From: Shigella phage KNP5
Reading direction: 5' to 3' (one strand)
DNA length: 64,000 nucleotides
Sequence record: KX452698
The notes beneath the pieces are model-generated. The model did not search any database. It worked only from the letters and a program-made list of their open reading frames with translations, and had not been told where the DNA came from. This document shows positions 8,477 through 19,547 of this stretch, in pieces. The position numbers and the translations under genes were made by a program. Position 1 is the first letter of the stretch. The number at the start of each line of letters is the position of its first letter.

Positions 8477-8551
8477 TGGTGGCCCTGGGTGGAATTGAAC
8501 CACCATCTGGCGATTATGAGTCGCTTGCTTGAACCTTCCAGCTACAGGGCC
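8477..8551 (-). tRNA. tRNA-Ile (anticodon CAU, lysidine type; Met not excluded), CCA encoded
   Basis: anticodon stem-loop GCGA-CUCAUAA-UCGC resembles bacterial tRNA-Ile2; acceptor GGCCCTG/CAGGGCC. Confidence 0.8.
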
Positions 8552-8552
8552 T

Positions 8553-8628
8553 TGGTGCTGATTGACGGAATCGAACCGCCGACCTTCTCATTACAAGTGA
8601 GTTGCTCTACCTACTGAGCTAAATCAGC
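8553..8628 (-). tRNA. tRNA-Thr (anticodon UGU), CCA encoded
   Basis: acceptor GCTGATT/AATCAGC, anticodon loop CUUGUAA. Confidence 0.85.
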
Positions 8629-8633
8629 AAAAC

Positions 8634-8723
8634 TGGCGGAGGCGATAGGATTTGAACCTATGAGTCGCCGGAGCGACTGCCGGTTTTCAAGACCGGTGCA
8701 TTAAACCACTCTGCCACGCCTCC
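8634..8723 (-). tRNA. tRNA-Ser (anticodon UGA), class II, CCA encoded
   Basis: acceptor GGAGGCG/CGCCTCC, anticodon stem-loop CCGGT-CUUGAAA-ACCGG, long variable arm. Confidence 0.85.
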
Positions 8724-8725
8724 AG

Positions 8726-8799
8726 TCTCCATACAAGGATTTGAACCTTGGACCTCCTGATCCCAAATCAGGCGCTCTACCAAACTGAGCTACACGGAG
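8726..8799 (-). tRNA. tRNA-Pro (anticodon UGG), CCA not encoded
   Basis: anticodon stem-loop CCTGA-UUUGGGA-TCAGG, T-arm CAAGG-TTCAAAT-CCTTG. Confidence 0.8.
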
Positions 8800-8809
8800 T
8801 AAATTAAAT

Positions 8810-8883
<74 letters not shown>

Positions 8884-8888
8884 AAATT

Positions 8889-8975
8889 TGGTGCGAGAAG
8901 TGGGACTCGAACCCACAAGGAAATCATTCCGCAGCATTTTAAGTGCTGTGCCTTTACCAATTTGACCATTCTCGC
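8889..8975 (-). tRNA. tRNA-Leu (anticodon UAA), class II, CCA encoded
   Basis: acceptor GCGAGAA/TTCTCGC, anticodon stem-loop CAGCA-CUUAAAA-TGCTG, long variable arm. Confidence 0.85.
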
Positions 8976-8976
8976 G

Positions 8977-9049
8977 CTGGGAATAAAGGACTCGAACCTT
9001 TGCATCCTGGAATCAAAATCCAGTGCCTTACCAACTTGGCTAATTCCCA
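8977..9049 (-). tRNA. tRNA-Gln (anticodon UUG), CCA not encoded
   Basis: acceptor TGGGAAT/ATTCCCA, anticodon stem-loop CTGGA-UUUUGAU-TCCAG. Confidence 0.8.
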
Positions 9050-9135
9050 ATTATTAACAAAGGCTCTTAAGCAAGAACCCTTGATGATAGAGGGTATTAA
9101 TCAGTGCGATATGAGTTAATAATAACAAATAATTC

Positions 9136-9715
9136 TTAAAGCAAATTAAACATTTTAACGGTCGGCAAAACAATTTCTTCTTCTATATAAGAGTATTTAA
9201 CACTCTCAACTACACGCAAAAAATCATAATCATAATACTCAGAAGCATTACCTAAAATATTAATAAGTCCTTCAAGCACTTTATTACCATTCACAAAGAA
9301 TAAGTCAAATACACGTTCTTCATCTTCTTCAGATTTATTACCAAGATCAACTTCTATGCGAAAGACCTTTTTAATGAATTCTGGATAAAGCTGGTCTGAG
9401 AACAGTCCTTCAACCNNNNNNNNNNNNNNNNNNNNNNNNNNNNNNNNNNNNNNNNNNNNNNNNNNNNNNNNNNNNNNNNNNNNNNNNNNNNNNNNNNNNN
9501 NNNNNNNNNNNNNNACCACAATAGCGCTCAATTTTAGTACTAGAATATCTGCTTTTAAACTTCTTCAAAAGATACTGAAATTGTAAGATTTCATGCTCTT
9601 CTACGCCAAACAATGTTTTGGTTTTATTGTTGTCGCCATCATTTTCCCAGGTAGTGACATCAATTACGTAGCCCTGCGGAATTGTAGTACCTAAACAAAT
9701 ATTCATTTTCACCAC
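9136..9715 (-). CDS. hypothetical protein interrupted by a 99-nt unresolved (N) block
   Basis: ORFs 9410..9715 and 9136..9531 flank the N run in different frames; probably one gene of about 190 aa. Confidence 0.4.
9416..9514. other. unresolved sequence (99 N)
   Basis: run of n characters. Confidence 1.
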
Positions 9716-10005
9716 GCTGCATTAATGTAAGTATATTTAATACATTCAAGACCCAAAGGATTCTTGAAAATATCATATTCAAGAGGACCTTTTTCTGTTT
9801 CAATAAAGAAATCAAAATTTACTGTATTAAATGTACGGTCTTCCTTTACTAATTTAACTTGAGAAGATGAACGGCCAATGTAAACCTTTTCAACTTCAAA
9901 ATATGTTAAAACGCCATAATCATCAATCAAGGCTTTAGCTGCTTCTTGATCATATTTATATCCATTTTCAATGGATGATACTTTCGCATAAAGAATCACT
10001 ATCAA
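9709..10005 (-). CDS. hypothetical protein
   Basis: 98 aa ORF in the hypervariable block between the tRNA cluster and the ipI locus. Confidence 0.5.
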   Translation of the reverse strand: MIVILYAKVSSIENGYKYDQEAAKALIDDYGVLTYFEVEKVYIGRSSSQVKLVKEDRTFNTVNFDFFIETEKGPLEYDIFKNPLGLECIKYTYINAAW

Positions 10006-10412
10006 CCTCTATCAACAATAACATGAGTATGAGCATTTACAATTTGCCACCAATCGAAACGATTGGAACCATAATCTGGTTTATTTTCATTTTCTTTAAT
10101 GATATCACGCAGTTTATCTTCTGTTTCAGCATACGCAATTAAATCATCATATCCACCACAAGGATAATAATTATCACCTGCGAATAAAAGAAAATTTACC
10201 TTAGATGGATTTACGTAATAATGGTCTTTAGGATATTTAGTTCCTCTCCAATCAGTTACTTCAACATAACGATAAGAAAATCCATTTTTACTTTCAATCC
10301 AACTCCACGCTTCAAAAGGAGTATTAAAAACTTTATCAGGTATTAAATTACCTTCAAAATGAGAAGGATTTGCATAATCCCCAGCATAAACATAGTATTC
10401 GTTAATACTCAT
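10002..10412 (-). CDS. hypothetical protein
   Basis: 136 aa ORF; ATGA overlap with neighbours; no recognisable motif. Confidence 0.55.
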   Translation of the reverse strand: MSINEYYVYAGDYANPSHFEGNLIPDKVFNTPFEAWSWIESKNGFSYRYVEVTDWRGTKYPKDHYYVNPSKVNFLLFAGDNYYPCGGYDDLIAYAETEDKLRDIIKENENKPDYGSNRFDWWQIVNAHTHVIVDRG

Positions 10413-10598
10413 CTATTCACCTTTAGAAATTTTATCCATAACGATAGCAATTAAACCAATTAAAAATGCTACTACAAGTGAAAAAACATTTTCTGCTGTA
10501 GTCAATAATCCGCAAATAAATCCAACAAACATTGAAAAACTAAAAGCGGAAGCAGAAATTGCAATAGCAACATTTCGAATTAATTCACAACGTTTCAT
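10413..10598 (-). CDS. small hydrophobic membrane protein
   Basis: 61 aa, one or two TM segments; preceded by an early promoter-hairpin repeat. Confidence 0.45.
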   Translation of the reverse strand: MKRCELIRNVAIAISASAFSFSMFVGFICGLLTTAENVFSLVVAFLIGLIAIVMDKISKGE

Positions 10599-10618
10599 TT
10601 TATTCTCCTCGGTAGTTG

Positions 10619-10680
10619 ATAGGGTAATAGTATCACAACTAAAACCCTATGTAAACAACTTTGTGAAATTATTTTAAATC
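10619..10680 (-). repeat. promoter-hairpin repeat copy A (PeSL-like early promoter plus stem-loop)
   Basis: 32-nt identical core atgtaaacaactttgtgaaattattttaaatc shared with 10979-11010, plus 7-bp hairpin atagggt/accctat. Confidence 0.7.
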
Positions 10681-10926
10681 TTCTAATCGTTTCTTCATCT
10701 TAGAACCATTTTTAGCAATTTCTCCTGCATCGGAGCATAATGCTAAAAGTGCTTTAACTTTAGTTTGGTCTCCTTTAAAAGATGAAGGATCGACTGCAGC
10801 AGCAAGTTCTTTAATACGAGAGAAAAGACGCTCAGCTTCAGCTAAAGCCATTCCAAGCTTTACTTCCATACCGTGAGAAGATTCAGTGATAGTGGTTTTT
10901 GTAGCAAACTCTTTGAAAGTTTTCAT
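10669..10926 (-). CDS. small IP-like protein at the ipI locus (putative capsid-targeted)
   Basis: 85 aa; begins MKTFKEFATKTTITE↓ (CTS-like with I-x-E site); sits immediately downstream of 57B, where T4 carries ipI. Confidence 0.55.
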   Translation of the reverse strand: MKTFKEFATKTTITESSHGMEVKLGMALAEAERLFSRIKELAAAVDPSSFKGDQTKVKALLALCSDAGEIAKNGSKMKKRLEDLK

Positions 10927-10946
10927 TTTATTTTCCTAATTAATTT

Positions 10947-11695
<749 letters not shown>

Positions 11696-11696
<1 letters not shown>

Positions 11697-12421
11697 TATA
11701 GTACCTTTAGTGTATTTTTAATTTTAGAAAAAAGTTCTTCAAGAGAACCATCGTTTGTAATTACTAAATCGCCATCACGAATTGGCAATCCAGCTTCTGT
11801 AATATGAGTATCATTGGATTTTTGACCAGGACGAACTACATGAATTACTGTAGCACCCATCGCCCTAGCCGCATCCATTTCATGATCTTGACGAGTATCA
11901 GGAACGATATAATAATCATAGCCTGAGTTAAATTTATCAAGATAATCTAAAGCAAATAATTTTACCCAATACATGCGGTCGAAGTTATTAACAATCAAAT
12001 CCGTACCTAGGGCTTGCATCAGACGACGGACTGACCATTGATCTTCAATATTATTTATAACGTCAGCAATCTTATTAAATGCTACGAAAGTAACTGATTC
12101 TTTTCCTTCGTCATCAAAAACAAACACGCCTTTAATTGGGCTTTTACTATTAAGATAGCAAAATGCTTGTTCCATAATCGTAATTACTTCTAATTTAGTC
12201 AAATTCAAATTAGTCTCACGATCATAGTCAATTCCTTCAAACTCTTTACGAGTTAAGCAAGGATAGTCAGTGTTTGCTGCAAATACGCCCCATGCATAAG
12301 CCAATGCATCTTTAATAGGACCAGCAAGTTGATATTTAGCTGCAGAATAATTATTCATGATAAAATCTGCAGTAGTATCTTTTCCACTACGCTTTACACC
12401 ACTTAAAAAGATTAGTTTCAT
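11696..12421 (-). CDS. 1: deoxynucleoside monophosphate kinase
   Basis: 241 aa; P-loop GVKRSGKDT; matches T4 gp1. Confidence 0.92.
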
Positions 12422-12470
12422 ATGTTTCTCCTCAAATTTAGTTAAGATTATAACACATGAAACTGAAGCA

Positions 12471-13001
12471 TTAAACTTCTGCTATAATTTTGCCATCTTT
12501 TTCTACTTGAAAATACGTATAAGGAATCGTTGCTGTGCATACTAAAGCTGGGTCTGAATCTTCTGTGTAGCTAAATTCTACTTCAGACAGGTCAGAAACC
12601 CAAGGCTTATAAAAATTTATTGACATCACAATTTCAGTTTTACTATTATCTAAAATGTAAAGCGTAATGTATTCAGGACCTGTTTTTTGGGCAGTATTTT
12701 CACCTGTAAGATAGTTACTAGTTCCTAGCATCCATTCATACATTCCTATCCACGACTTAAGCTCTTCATCAACTATAAATCTCACGATGAGTGGATCGTA
12801 CTCAAATGTAACTCCTGGACGCTGTGCTCTACCTAGTCCAAACGGCCCAGTCACGGTATCAGTAACAGGTATTCTAATTCCCGGAATAGGAACTGATTGA
12901 GCATTTAAAGTAAAAGCAGATGTAGTATTACTATGTGGTATTGATACTACAAAGTTAGTTGTATTTGCTTGGTTAAAAATTTGTTGCAGTGCTTGCGACA
13001 T
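12471..13001 (-). CDS. 3: tail tube terminator / sheath stabiliser gp3
   Basis: start trimmed to the ATG at 13001 with GAGGA SD (MSQALQQIF...), giving 176 aa as in T4 gp3. Confidence 0.85.
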   Translation of the reverse strand: MSQALQQIFNQANTTNFVVSIPHSNTTSAFTLNAQSVPIPGIRIPVTDTVTGPFGLGRAQRPGVTFEYDPLIVRFIVDEELKSWIGMYEWMLGTSNYLTGENTAQKTGPEYITLYILDNSKTEIVMSINFYKPWVSDLSEVEFSYTEDSDPALVCTATIPYTYFQVEKDGKIIAEV

Positions 13002-13107
13002 ATATTCCTCATAATGCTTTATAAATGTTGGTGGTATAATGGGTCTAAGTCCCTTCCATTCAATTCCAATTAGAACAAACAATAGAAAAGAATGGAAGAT
13101 AATAGAA

Positions 13108-13932
13108 TTAGATATTTGACCAGACTTTGTTTGCAGAGAAACGTTTTCCTTTTGAAACGAACTGCTGAAGTGGCATTAACACAACGTTCGCCCAGTCTTT
13201 CGGGGCGATTTCAACAAGGCTACCCATAATATTACCAGGTATATATGCCTTAATCATTTGGTCTGCACCTCTAAATCCTTTCACTTGACTCCAATCAATT
13301 TTTAATTTCGTTTTATTAGTAATAGTAGGTGTATTTGAATATTGCTTTAAAAGCTCTTCTAGAAATTGCTGACGAGCTTTAGGTGGAATATAGTGCAAGT
13401 TCAATCCGTACATTAAATTATGTTTACCTAAACCAAGATAAATTATCAAAGGAAATTTATCCCAGTAAGGAAGAGTTTCCTTGTGTTTAGCATCATAAGC
13501 AAAAGCATATATTCGTCCCGGCTGCGGGCGAACAACCTTATGTCCTTTTACTTGCTTAATAGTTTCAGCAAACCACTTTCTGGTTTTATTATTAATTGCT
13601 GCGCCTTCATTACGAATTTTATCACGTAATGTTTGCCTGAATGAATTTATCATAAGCAGTTGTCTTTCTTGCTTATTGAGTTTATTCATTGGTTTTGATT
13701 CAAGCTTTTGAATCTTTTCAGCTGTTTTAATTCCTGAAGCATATTTTGACATTGCTGAAGTAAACGTAGAGTATTTGATTCCTCTTTCTTCGGCAAATTG
13801 CTTTCCTGTCATTCCTTTTGCTTTGGCCTTTCTGTATTCAAGACCTATCTGAATCCATTTCTTTTCGTTTAATGATTGCTTAACCTTTGGAACTTGGGGA
13901 GTGCTTTCATTAATTATTTGAAAAATAGCCAT
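13108..13932 (-). CDS. 2: DNA end protector protein gp2
   Basis: 274 aa, length and position match T4 gp2. Confidence 0.88.
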   Translation of the reverse strand: MAIFQIINESTPQVPKVKQSLNEKKWIQIGLEYRKAKAKGMTGKQFAEERGIKYSTFTSAMSKYASGIKTAEKIQKLESKPMNKLNKQERQLLMINSFRQTLRDKIRNEGAAINNKTRKWFAETIKQVKGHKVVRPQPGRIYAFAYDAKHKETLPYWDKFPLIIYLGLGKHNLMYGLNLHYIPPKARQQFLEELLKQYSNTPTITNKTKLKIDWSQVKGFRGADQMIKAYIPGNIMGSLVEIAPKDWANVVLMPLQQFVSKGKRFSANKVWSNI

Positions 13933-14384
13933 TATGCCCCCTTAAAGCCAAGAGCTCGTAATCCATCTTCTGTTAGAATTCTAAATTTTATTCCACGCTT
14001 TTCAGCTAAAGCTTGCGCTGCTTTCCATTTGTCAGTATTAACGGAATATGTATAAATTTCATTCATAAATCTTTTCTTCGCTGCAGTTGTTAGATGTGCT
14101 GGTTTAACTGGTGGTTGTGTTTCTTTTTTAGGTTTTATTTCAATAAAAAATTCTTGTCCAGAAGAATCTTTCATCCAAATATCCATGAAGTATCTACGTT
14201 TTTTCCCTTCTGCATTACAAAAATAAGGAATTACTGCTGTTTCACTACCCCATGCAATAATTTCTGGATTTTTATCTAACCATTCAAAAAAGAATTTTTC
14301 CCAATTTGATCTATACGTAATTTTTTTAGGGTCACCTCTATATTTTGATATATTTTTAGGAACCCATTTTCCAGAATATGCCAT
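13932..14384 (-). CDS. 4: head completion protein gp4
   Basis: 150 aa, matches T4 gp4. Confidence 0.88.
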   Translation of the reverse strand: MAYSGKWVPKNISKYRGDPKKITYRSNWEKFFFEWLDKNPEIIAWGSETAVIPYFCNAEGKKRRYFMDIWMKDSSGQEFFIEIKPKKETQPPVKPAHLTTAAKKRFMNEIYTYSVNTDKWKAAQALAEKRGIKFRILTEDGLRALGFKGA

Positions 14385-14395
14385 TGGATTCTCCT

Positions 14396-14418
14396 TATAA
14401 ATAGATAATATATTTATA
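14396..14418. promoter_or_regulatory. divergent late promoters (TATAAATA on both strands) for gene 53 (+) and gene 4 (-)
   Basis: plus tataaata at 14396-14403; minus TATAAATA from plus tatttata at 14411-14418. Confidence 0.7.
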
Positions 14419-14431
14419 AACAGGAGGGCCC

Positions 14432-15022
14432 ATGCTCTTTACATTTTTTGATCCGATTGAATATGCGGCCAAAACGGTGAATAAAAACGCGCCGACTATT
14501 CCTATGACAGATATTTTTAGAAACTATAAAGACTATTTCAAACGTGCTCTTGCGGGATACCGCTTACGTACTTATTATATTAAAGGTTCACCACGCCCGG
14601 AAGAATTAGCAAATGCTATATATGGAAATCCGCAGTTGTATTGGGTTTTATTGATGTGTAATGATAATTATGATCCGTATTATGGATGGATTACTTCGCA
14701 AGAAGCTGCTTATCAAGCATCTATACAAAAATACAAAAACGTAGGTGGAGACCAAATAGTATATCATGTGAATGAAAACGGTGAAAAATTTTATAATTTA
14801 ATATCATACGATGATAATCCATATGTTTGGTATGACAAAGGTGATAAAGCTAGAAAATATCCTCAATATGAAGGAGCACTTGCTGCGGTCGATACGTATG
14901 AAGCTGCTGTTCTTGAAAATGAAAAACTTCGTCAAATAAAAATAATAGCAAAATCAGACATCAATTCATTTATGAACGACCTTATACGTATAATGGAGAA
15001 ATCTTATGGAAATGATAAGTAA
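14432..15022 (+). CDS. 53: baseplate wedge protein gp53
   Basis: 196 aa, matches T4 gp53. Confidence 0.9.
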   Translation: MLFTFFDPIEYAAKTVNKNAPTIPMTDIFRNYKDYFKRALAGYRLRTYYIKGSPRPEELANAIYGNPQLYWVLLMCNDNYDPYYGWITSQEAAYQASIQKYKNVGGDQIVYHVNENGEKFYNLISYDDNPYVWYDKGDKARKYPQYEGALAAVDTYEAAVLENEKLRQIKIIAKSDINSFMNDLIRIMEKSYGNDK

Positions 15023-16733
15023 TAACCTTAATTGGTTTGTTGGTGTTGTTGAAGATAGAATGGACCCATTAAAATTAGGTCGTGTTCGTGTTCGTGTGGT
15101 TGGTCTGCATCCACCTCAAAGAGCACAAGGCGACGTAATGGGTATTCCAACTGATAAATTACCATGGATGTCAGTTATTCAACCTATAACTTCTGCAGCA
15201 ATGTCTGGAATTGGAGGCTCCGTTACTGGTCCAGTAGAAGGAACTAGAGTTTATGGTCATTTTTTAGACAAATGGAAAACTAACGGAATTGTCCTTGGCA
15301 CGTATGGTGGAATAGTTCGCGAAAAGCCTAATAGACTTGAAGGATTTTCTGACCCAACTGGACAGTATCCTAGACGTCTAGGAAATGATACTAACGTATT
15401 AAACCAAGGCGGAGAAGTAGGATATGATTCGTCTTCTAATATTATTCAAGATAGCAATCTAGACACTGCGATAAATCCTGATGATAGACCGCTATCAGAG
15501 ATTCCAACTGATGATAATCCAAATATGTCAATGGCTGAAATGCTTCGCCGTGATGAAGGATTAAGACTAAAAGTTTATTGGGATACCGAAGGATATCCGA
15601 CAATTGGTATTGGTCATCTTATCATGAAGCATCCAGTTCGTGATATGACTCAAATTAATAAAGTTTTATCAAAACAAGTTGGTCGTGAAATTACCGGAAA
15701 TCCGGGTTCTATTACAATGGAAGAAGCGGTAACTTTATTTGAACGTGATTTGGCTGATATGCAACGTGACATTAAATCACATTCTAAAGTTGGCCCAGTT
15801 TGGCAAGCAGTTAATCGTTCTCGTCAAATGGCATTAGAAAATATGGCATTTCAGATGGGCGTTGGCGGTGTAGCTAAATTTAACACAATGTTAACTGCTA
15901 TGTTAGCCGGAGATTGGGAAAAAGCATATAAAGCTGGTCGTGATTCATTGTGGTATCAACAAACAAAAGGCCGTGCATCCCGTGTTACCATGATTATTCT
16001 TACCGGGAATTTAGAATCATACGGTATTGAAGTGAAAACACCGACTAGGTCTTTGTCAGCAATGGCTGCTACTGTAGCAAAGTCTTCTGATCCAGCTGAT
16101 CCTCCTATTCCGAATGATTCGAGAATTTTATTTAAAGAACCTGTTTCTTCATATAAAGGTGAATATCCATATGTTCACACAATGGAAACTGAAAGCGGTC
16201 ATATTCAGGAATTTGATGATACTCCTGGGCAAGAACGATACAGATTAGTTCATCCGACTGGAACGTATGAGGAAGTATCACCGTCAGGAAGAAGAACAAG
16301 AAAAACTGTTGATAATTTGTATGATATAACAAATGCTGATGGTAATTTTTTGGTAGCTGGCGATAAAAAGACTAACGTCGGTGGATCAGAAATTTATTAC
16401 AACATGGATAATCGTCTCCACCAAATAGATGGAAGCAATACAATATTTGTGCGTGGCGATGAAACTAAGACGGTTGAAGGTAATGGAACTATCCTAGTAA
16501 AAGGTAATGTTACTATTGTAGTTGAAGGTAATGCTGACATTACAGTTAAAGGAGATGCTACCACTTTAGTTGAAGGAAATCAGACTAATACAGTAAATGG
16601 AAATCTTTCTTGGAAAGTTGCTGGGACAGTTGATTGGGACGTTGGTGGTGATTGGACGGAAAAAATGGCATCTATGAGTTCTATTTCATCTGGTCAATAC
16701 ACAATTGATGGATCGAGGATTGACATTGGCTAA
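15006..16733 (+). CDS. 5: baseplate central spike and tail lysozyme gp5
   Basis: 575 aa; embedded lysozyme domain DTEGYPTIGIGHL; C-terminal beta-helix repeats (VEGNxT). Confidence 0.95.
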   Translation: MEMISNNLNWFVGVVEDRMDPLKLGRVRVRVVGLHPPQRAQGDVMGIPTDKLPWMSVIQPITSAAMSGIGGSVTGPVEGTRVYGHFLDKWKTNGIVLGTYGGIVREKPNRLEGFSDPTGQYPRRLGNDTNVLNQGGEVGYDSSSNIIQDSNLDTAINPDDRPLSEIPTDDNPNMSMAEMLRRDEGLRLKVYWDTEGYPTIGIGHLIMKHPVRDMTQINKVLSKQVGREITGNPGSITMEEAVTLFERDLADMQRDIKSHSKVGPVWQAVNRSRQMALENMAFQMGVGGVAKFNTMLTAMLAGDWEKAYKAGRDSLWYQQTKGRASRVTMIILTGNLESYGIEVKTPTRSLSAMAATVAKSSDPADPPIPNDSRILFKEPVSSYKGEYPYVHTMETESGHIQEFDDTPGQERYRLVHPTGTYEEVSPSGRRTRKTVDNLYDITNADGNFLVAGDKKTNVGGSEIYYNMDNRLHQIDGSNTIFVRGDETKTVEGNGTILVKGNVTIVVEGNADITVKGDATTLVEGNQTNTVNGNLSWKVAGTVDWDVGGDWTEKMASMSSISSGQYTIDGSRIDIG

Positions 16734-16767
16734 TATACTTCCAATGAGCGCTGATTTAGGAGAATCC

Positions 16768-17262
16768 ATGGAAGGTTCTTCTATCGACGTCACCTTTACC
16801 GCTCAATTAGAAACAGGTGAAACGTTAGTATCTATAAATATAACTAGTTACGAAGAAACTCCTGGGGTTTTAGTAGAAGAAAATCGTTTATATGGAACGT
16901 ATGAATCTGTATTTGGATTTGGAAATGATGCGTTGAAATATCGTTTAGATAATGAATTTAAAACTGCTGCTTCATGGGAAGACCTTCCAACTGATTCTAA
17001 TACTCAGTTATATTTATGGAAAGCTCCTCAGAACCTCCAGAAGACATTCACTTACGAAGTAACATTAATATATGACTACCAAGAACAAAGTGAATCTGGA
17101 GGTTCTGGCAGTAATTCTAGGTCATCTTCTGATACCACTGAACCAACGAATCCTCCAGCTCCAATAAGAAAAACTCTCGTTAAAAATTACACAAAAACTA
17201 TAGTTGGAAATTGGAGTCGTTGGGCTAATAAACTGAGAAGCTACGTGTATGAGAGGCCATAA
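16768..17262 (+). CDS. 5.1: gp5.1-like protein
   Basis: ORF track 16705..17262; start placed at the ATG preceded by AGGAG ([10 protein letters not shown]); upstream alternative starts possible. Confidence 0.6.
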
Positions 17263-17556
17263 ATGTCAGGATTAAGTTATGATAAGTGTGTTACTGCTGG
17301 CCATGAAGCGTGGCCTCCAACAGTCGTGAATGCTACACAAAGTAAAGTATTCACTGGAGGAATTGCTGTTCTCGTAGCAGGTGATCCAATTACAGAACAT
17401 ACAGAAATTAAAAAGCCATATGAAACACATGGCGGAGTGACACAACCTAGAACTTCTAAGGTATATGTCACTGGAAAGAAAGCTGTTCAAATGGCTGATC
17501 CAATATCATGCGGTGATACAGTGGCTCAGGCATCATCTAAAGTATTCATTAAATAG
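17263..17556 (+). CDS. 5.4: baseplate spike tip PAAR-repeat protein gp5.4
   Basis: 97 aa, same length as T4 gp5.4. Confidence 0.85.
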
Positions 17557-17564
17557 GATTTAAA

Positions 17565-19547
17565 ATGGCAAATACCCCTGTAAATTATCAATTAACAAGA
17601 ACAGCAAATGCTATTCCCGAGATATTCGTCGGGGGTACATTTGCTGAAATAAAACAAAACCTCATTGAATGGCTTAATGGTCAAAATGAATTTTTGGATT
17701 ATGATTTTGAAGGCTCAAGATTAAACGTTCTGTGCGACCTTTTGGCTTATAATACATTATACATTCAGCAGTTTGGTAATGCTGCCTTGTACGAAAGCTT
17801 TATGCGTACTGCTAATTTGCGTAGTTCAGTAGTTCAAGCTGCACAAGATAATGGATATTTACCTACTTCAAAATCAGCTGCTCAAACTGAAATTATGCTA
17901 ACTTGTACAGATGCATTGAATAGAAATTACATTACTATTCCTCGCGGTACTCGCTTTTTAGCATATGCAAAAGATACTTCCGTTAATCCTTACAACTTTG
18001 TATCTACCGAAGATGTTATTGCTATTCGCGATAAAAATAACCAATATTTTCCACGTTTAAAATTAGCCCAGGGGCGTATAGTAAGAACTGAAATCATTTA
18101 TGATAAATTAACACCTATTATCATTTATGACAAAAATATAGATAGAAACCAAGTTAAACTATACGTTGATGGAGCAGAATGGATTAACTGGACAAGAAAG
18201 TCAATGGTTCATGCTGGTTCTACATCGACAATTTACTACATGCGTGAAACTATTGATGGGAATACCGAATTTTATTTTGGTGAAGGTGAGATTTCTGTTA
18301 ATGCCGCAGAAGGAGCATTAACCGCTAATTATATTGGAGGTCTTAAACCTACCCAGAACTCTACGATTGTTATTGAGTACATCAGTACTAACGGCGCAGA
18401 TGCGAATGGCGCAGTCGGATTTTCATATGCAGATACATTAACAAATATAACTGTCATCAACATTAATGAAAATCCAAACGATGACCCAGATTTTGTTGGG
18501 GCAGATGGCGGCGGTGATCCAGAAGATATTGAACGTATTCGTGAATTGGGTACTATTAAACGCGAGACCCAGCAACGCTGCGTAACTGCGACGGATTATG
18601 ATACATTCGTTTCAGAGAGATTTGGTTCTATTATTCAAGCAGTTCAGACTTTCACTGATTCTACTAAACCTGGTTATGCATTTATTGCTGCTAAACCTAA
18701 ATCAGGGCTATATTTAACTACTGTACAGCGCGAAGATATTAAAAATTATCTCAAAGACTATAATTTAGCTCCTATTACACCGTCAATTATTTCTCCTAAT
18801 TATCTTTTTATTAAGACTAATTTAAAAGTCACATATGCTTTAAATAAGCTGCAAGAATCCGAACAGTGGCTCGAAGGTCAAATAATTGATAAAATTGATC
18901 GTTATTATACCGAAGATGTAGAAATTTTTAACTCATCTTTCGCTAAATCTAAGATGTTGACATATGTAGATGATGCAGACCATTCTATCATTGGTTCATC
19001 AGCGACAATTCAAATTGTTCGTGAAGTACAAAACTTCTATAAAACGCCTGAAGCAGGTATTAAATACAATAATCAAATAAAAGATCGTTCTATGGAATCT
19101 AATACGTTTTCATTTAATTCCGGACGAAAGGTTGTAAATCCTGACACTGGTTTAGAAGAAGATGTATTATATGACGTTCGCATAGTATCAACAGACCGAG
19201 ATTCTAAAGGAATTGGTAAAGTTATTATTGGTCCATTTGCTTCTGGCGATGTTACAGAAAATGAAAACATTCAGCCATATTCAGGCAACGATTTTAACAA
19301 ATTAGCAAATTCTGATGGACGCGACAAATACTATGTTATCGGTGAAATAAATTATCCAGCTGATGTGATTTATTGGAATATCGCTAAAATTAATTTAACA
19401 TCTGAAAAATTTGAAGTTCAGACTATTGAATTATATTCTGATCCAACCGATGATGTTATCTTTACTCGCGATGGTTCACTGATTGTATTTGAAAATGACT
19501 TACGTCCACAATACTTAACTATCGATTTGGAGCCTATATCACAATGA
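17565..19547 (+). CDS. 6: baseplate wedge protein gp6
   Basis: 660 aa, matches T4 gp6. Confidence 0.92.
   Translation: MANTPVNYQLTRTANAIPEIFVGGTFAEIKQNLIEWLNGQNEFLDYDFEGSRLNVLCDLLAYNTLYIQQFGNAALYESFMRTANLRSSVVQAAQDNGYLPTSKSAAQTEIMLTCTDALNRNYITIPRGTRFLAYAKDTSVNPYNFVSTEDVIAIRDKNNQYFPRLKLAQGRIVRTEIIYDKLTPIIIYDKNIDRNQVKLYVDGAEWINWTRKSMVHAGSTSTIYYMRETIDGNTEFYFGEGEISVNAAEGALTANYIGGLKPTQNSTIVIEYISTNGADANGAVGFSYADTLTNITVININENPNDDPDFVGADGGGDPEDIERIRELGTIKRETQQRCVTATDYDTFVSERFGSIIQAVQTFTDSTKPGYAFIAAKPKSGLYLTTVQREDIKNYLKDYNLAPITPSIISPNYLFIKTNLKVTYALNKLQESEQWLEGQIIDKIDRYYTEDVEIFNSSFAKSKMLTYVDDADHSIIGSSATIQIVREVQNFYKTPEAGIKYNNQIKDRSMESNTFSFNSGRKVVNPDTGLEEDVLYDVRIVSTDRDSKGIGKVIIGPFASGDVTENENIQPYSGNDFNKLANSDGRDKYYVIGEINYPADVIYWNIAKINLTSEKFEVQTIELYSDPTDDVIFTRDGSLIVFENDLRPQYLTIDLEPISQ

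Noticed and set aside
16132-16332. Minus-strand ORFs nested inside large plus-strand structural genes (for example 16132..16332, 21372..21731, 25408..25629, 40752..41096)
   Set aside because: Lie antisense within well-supported structural genes of conserved length; no promoter or RBS evidence.
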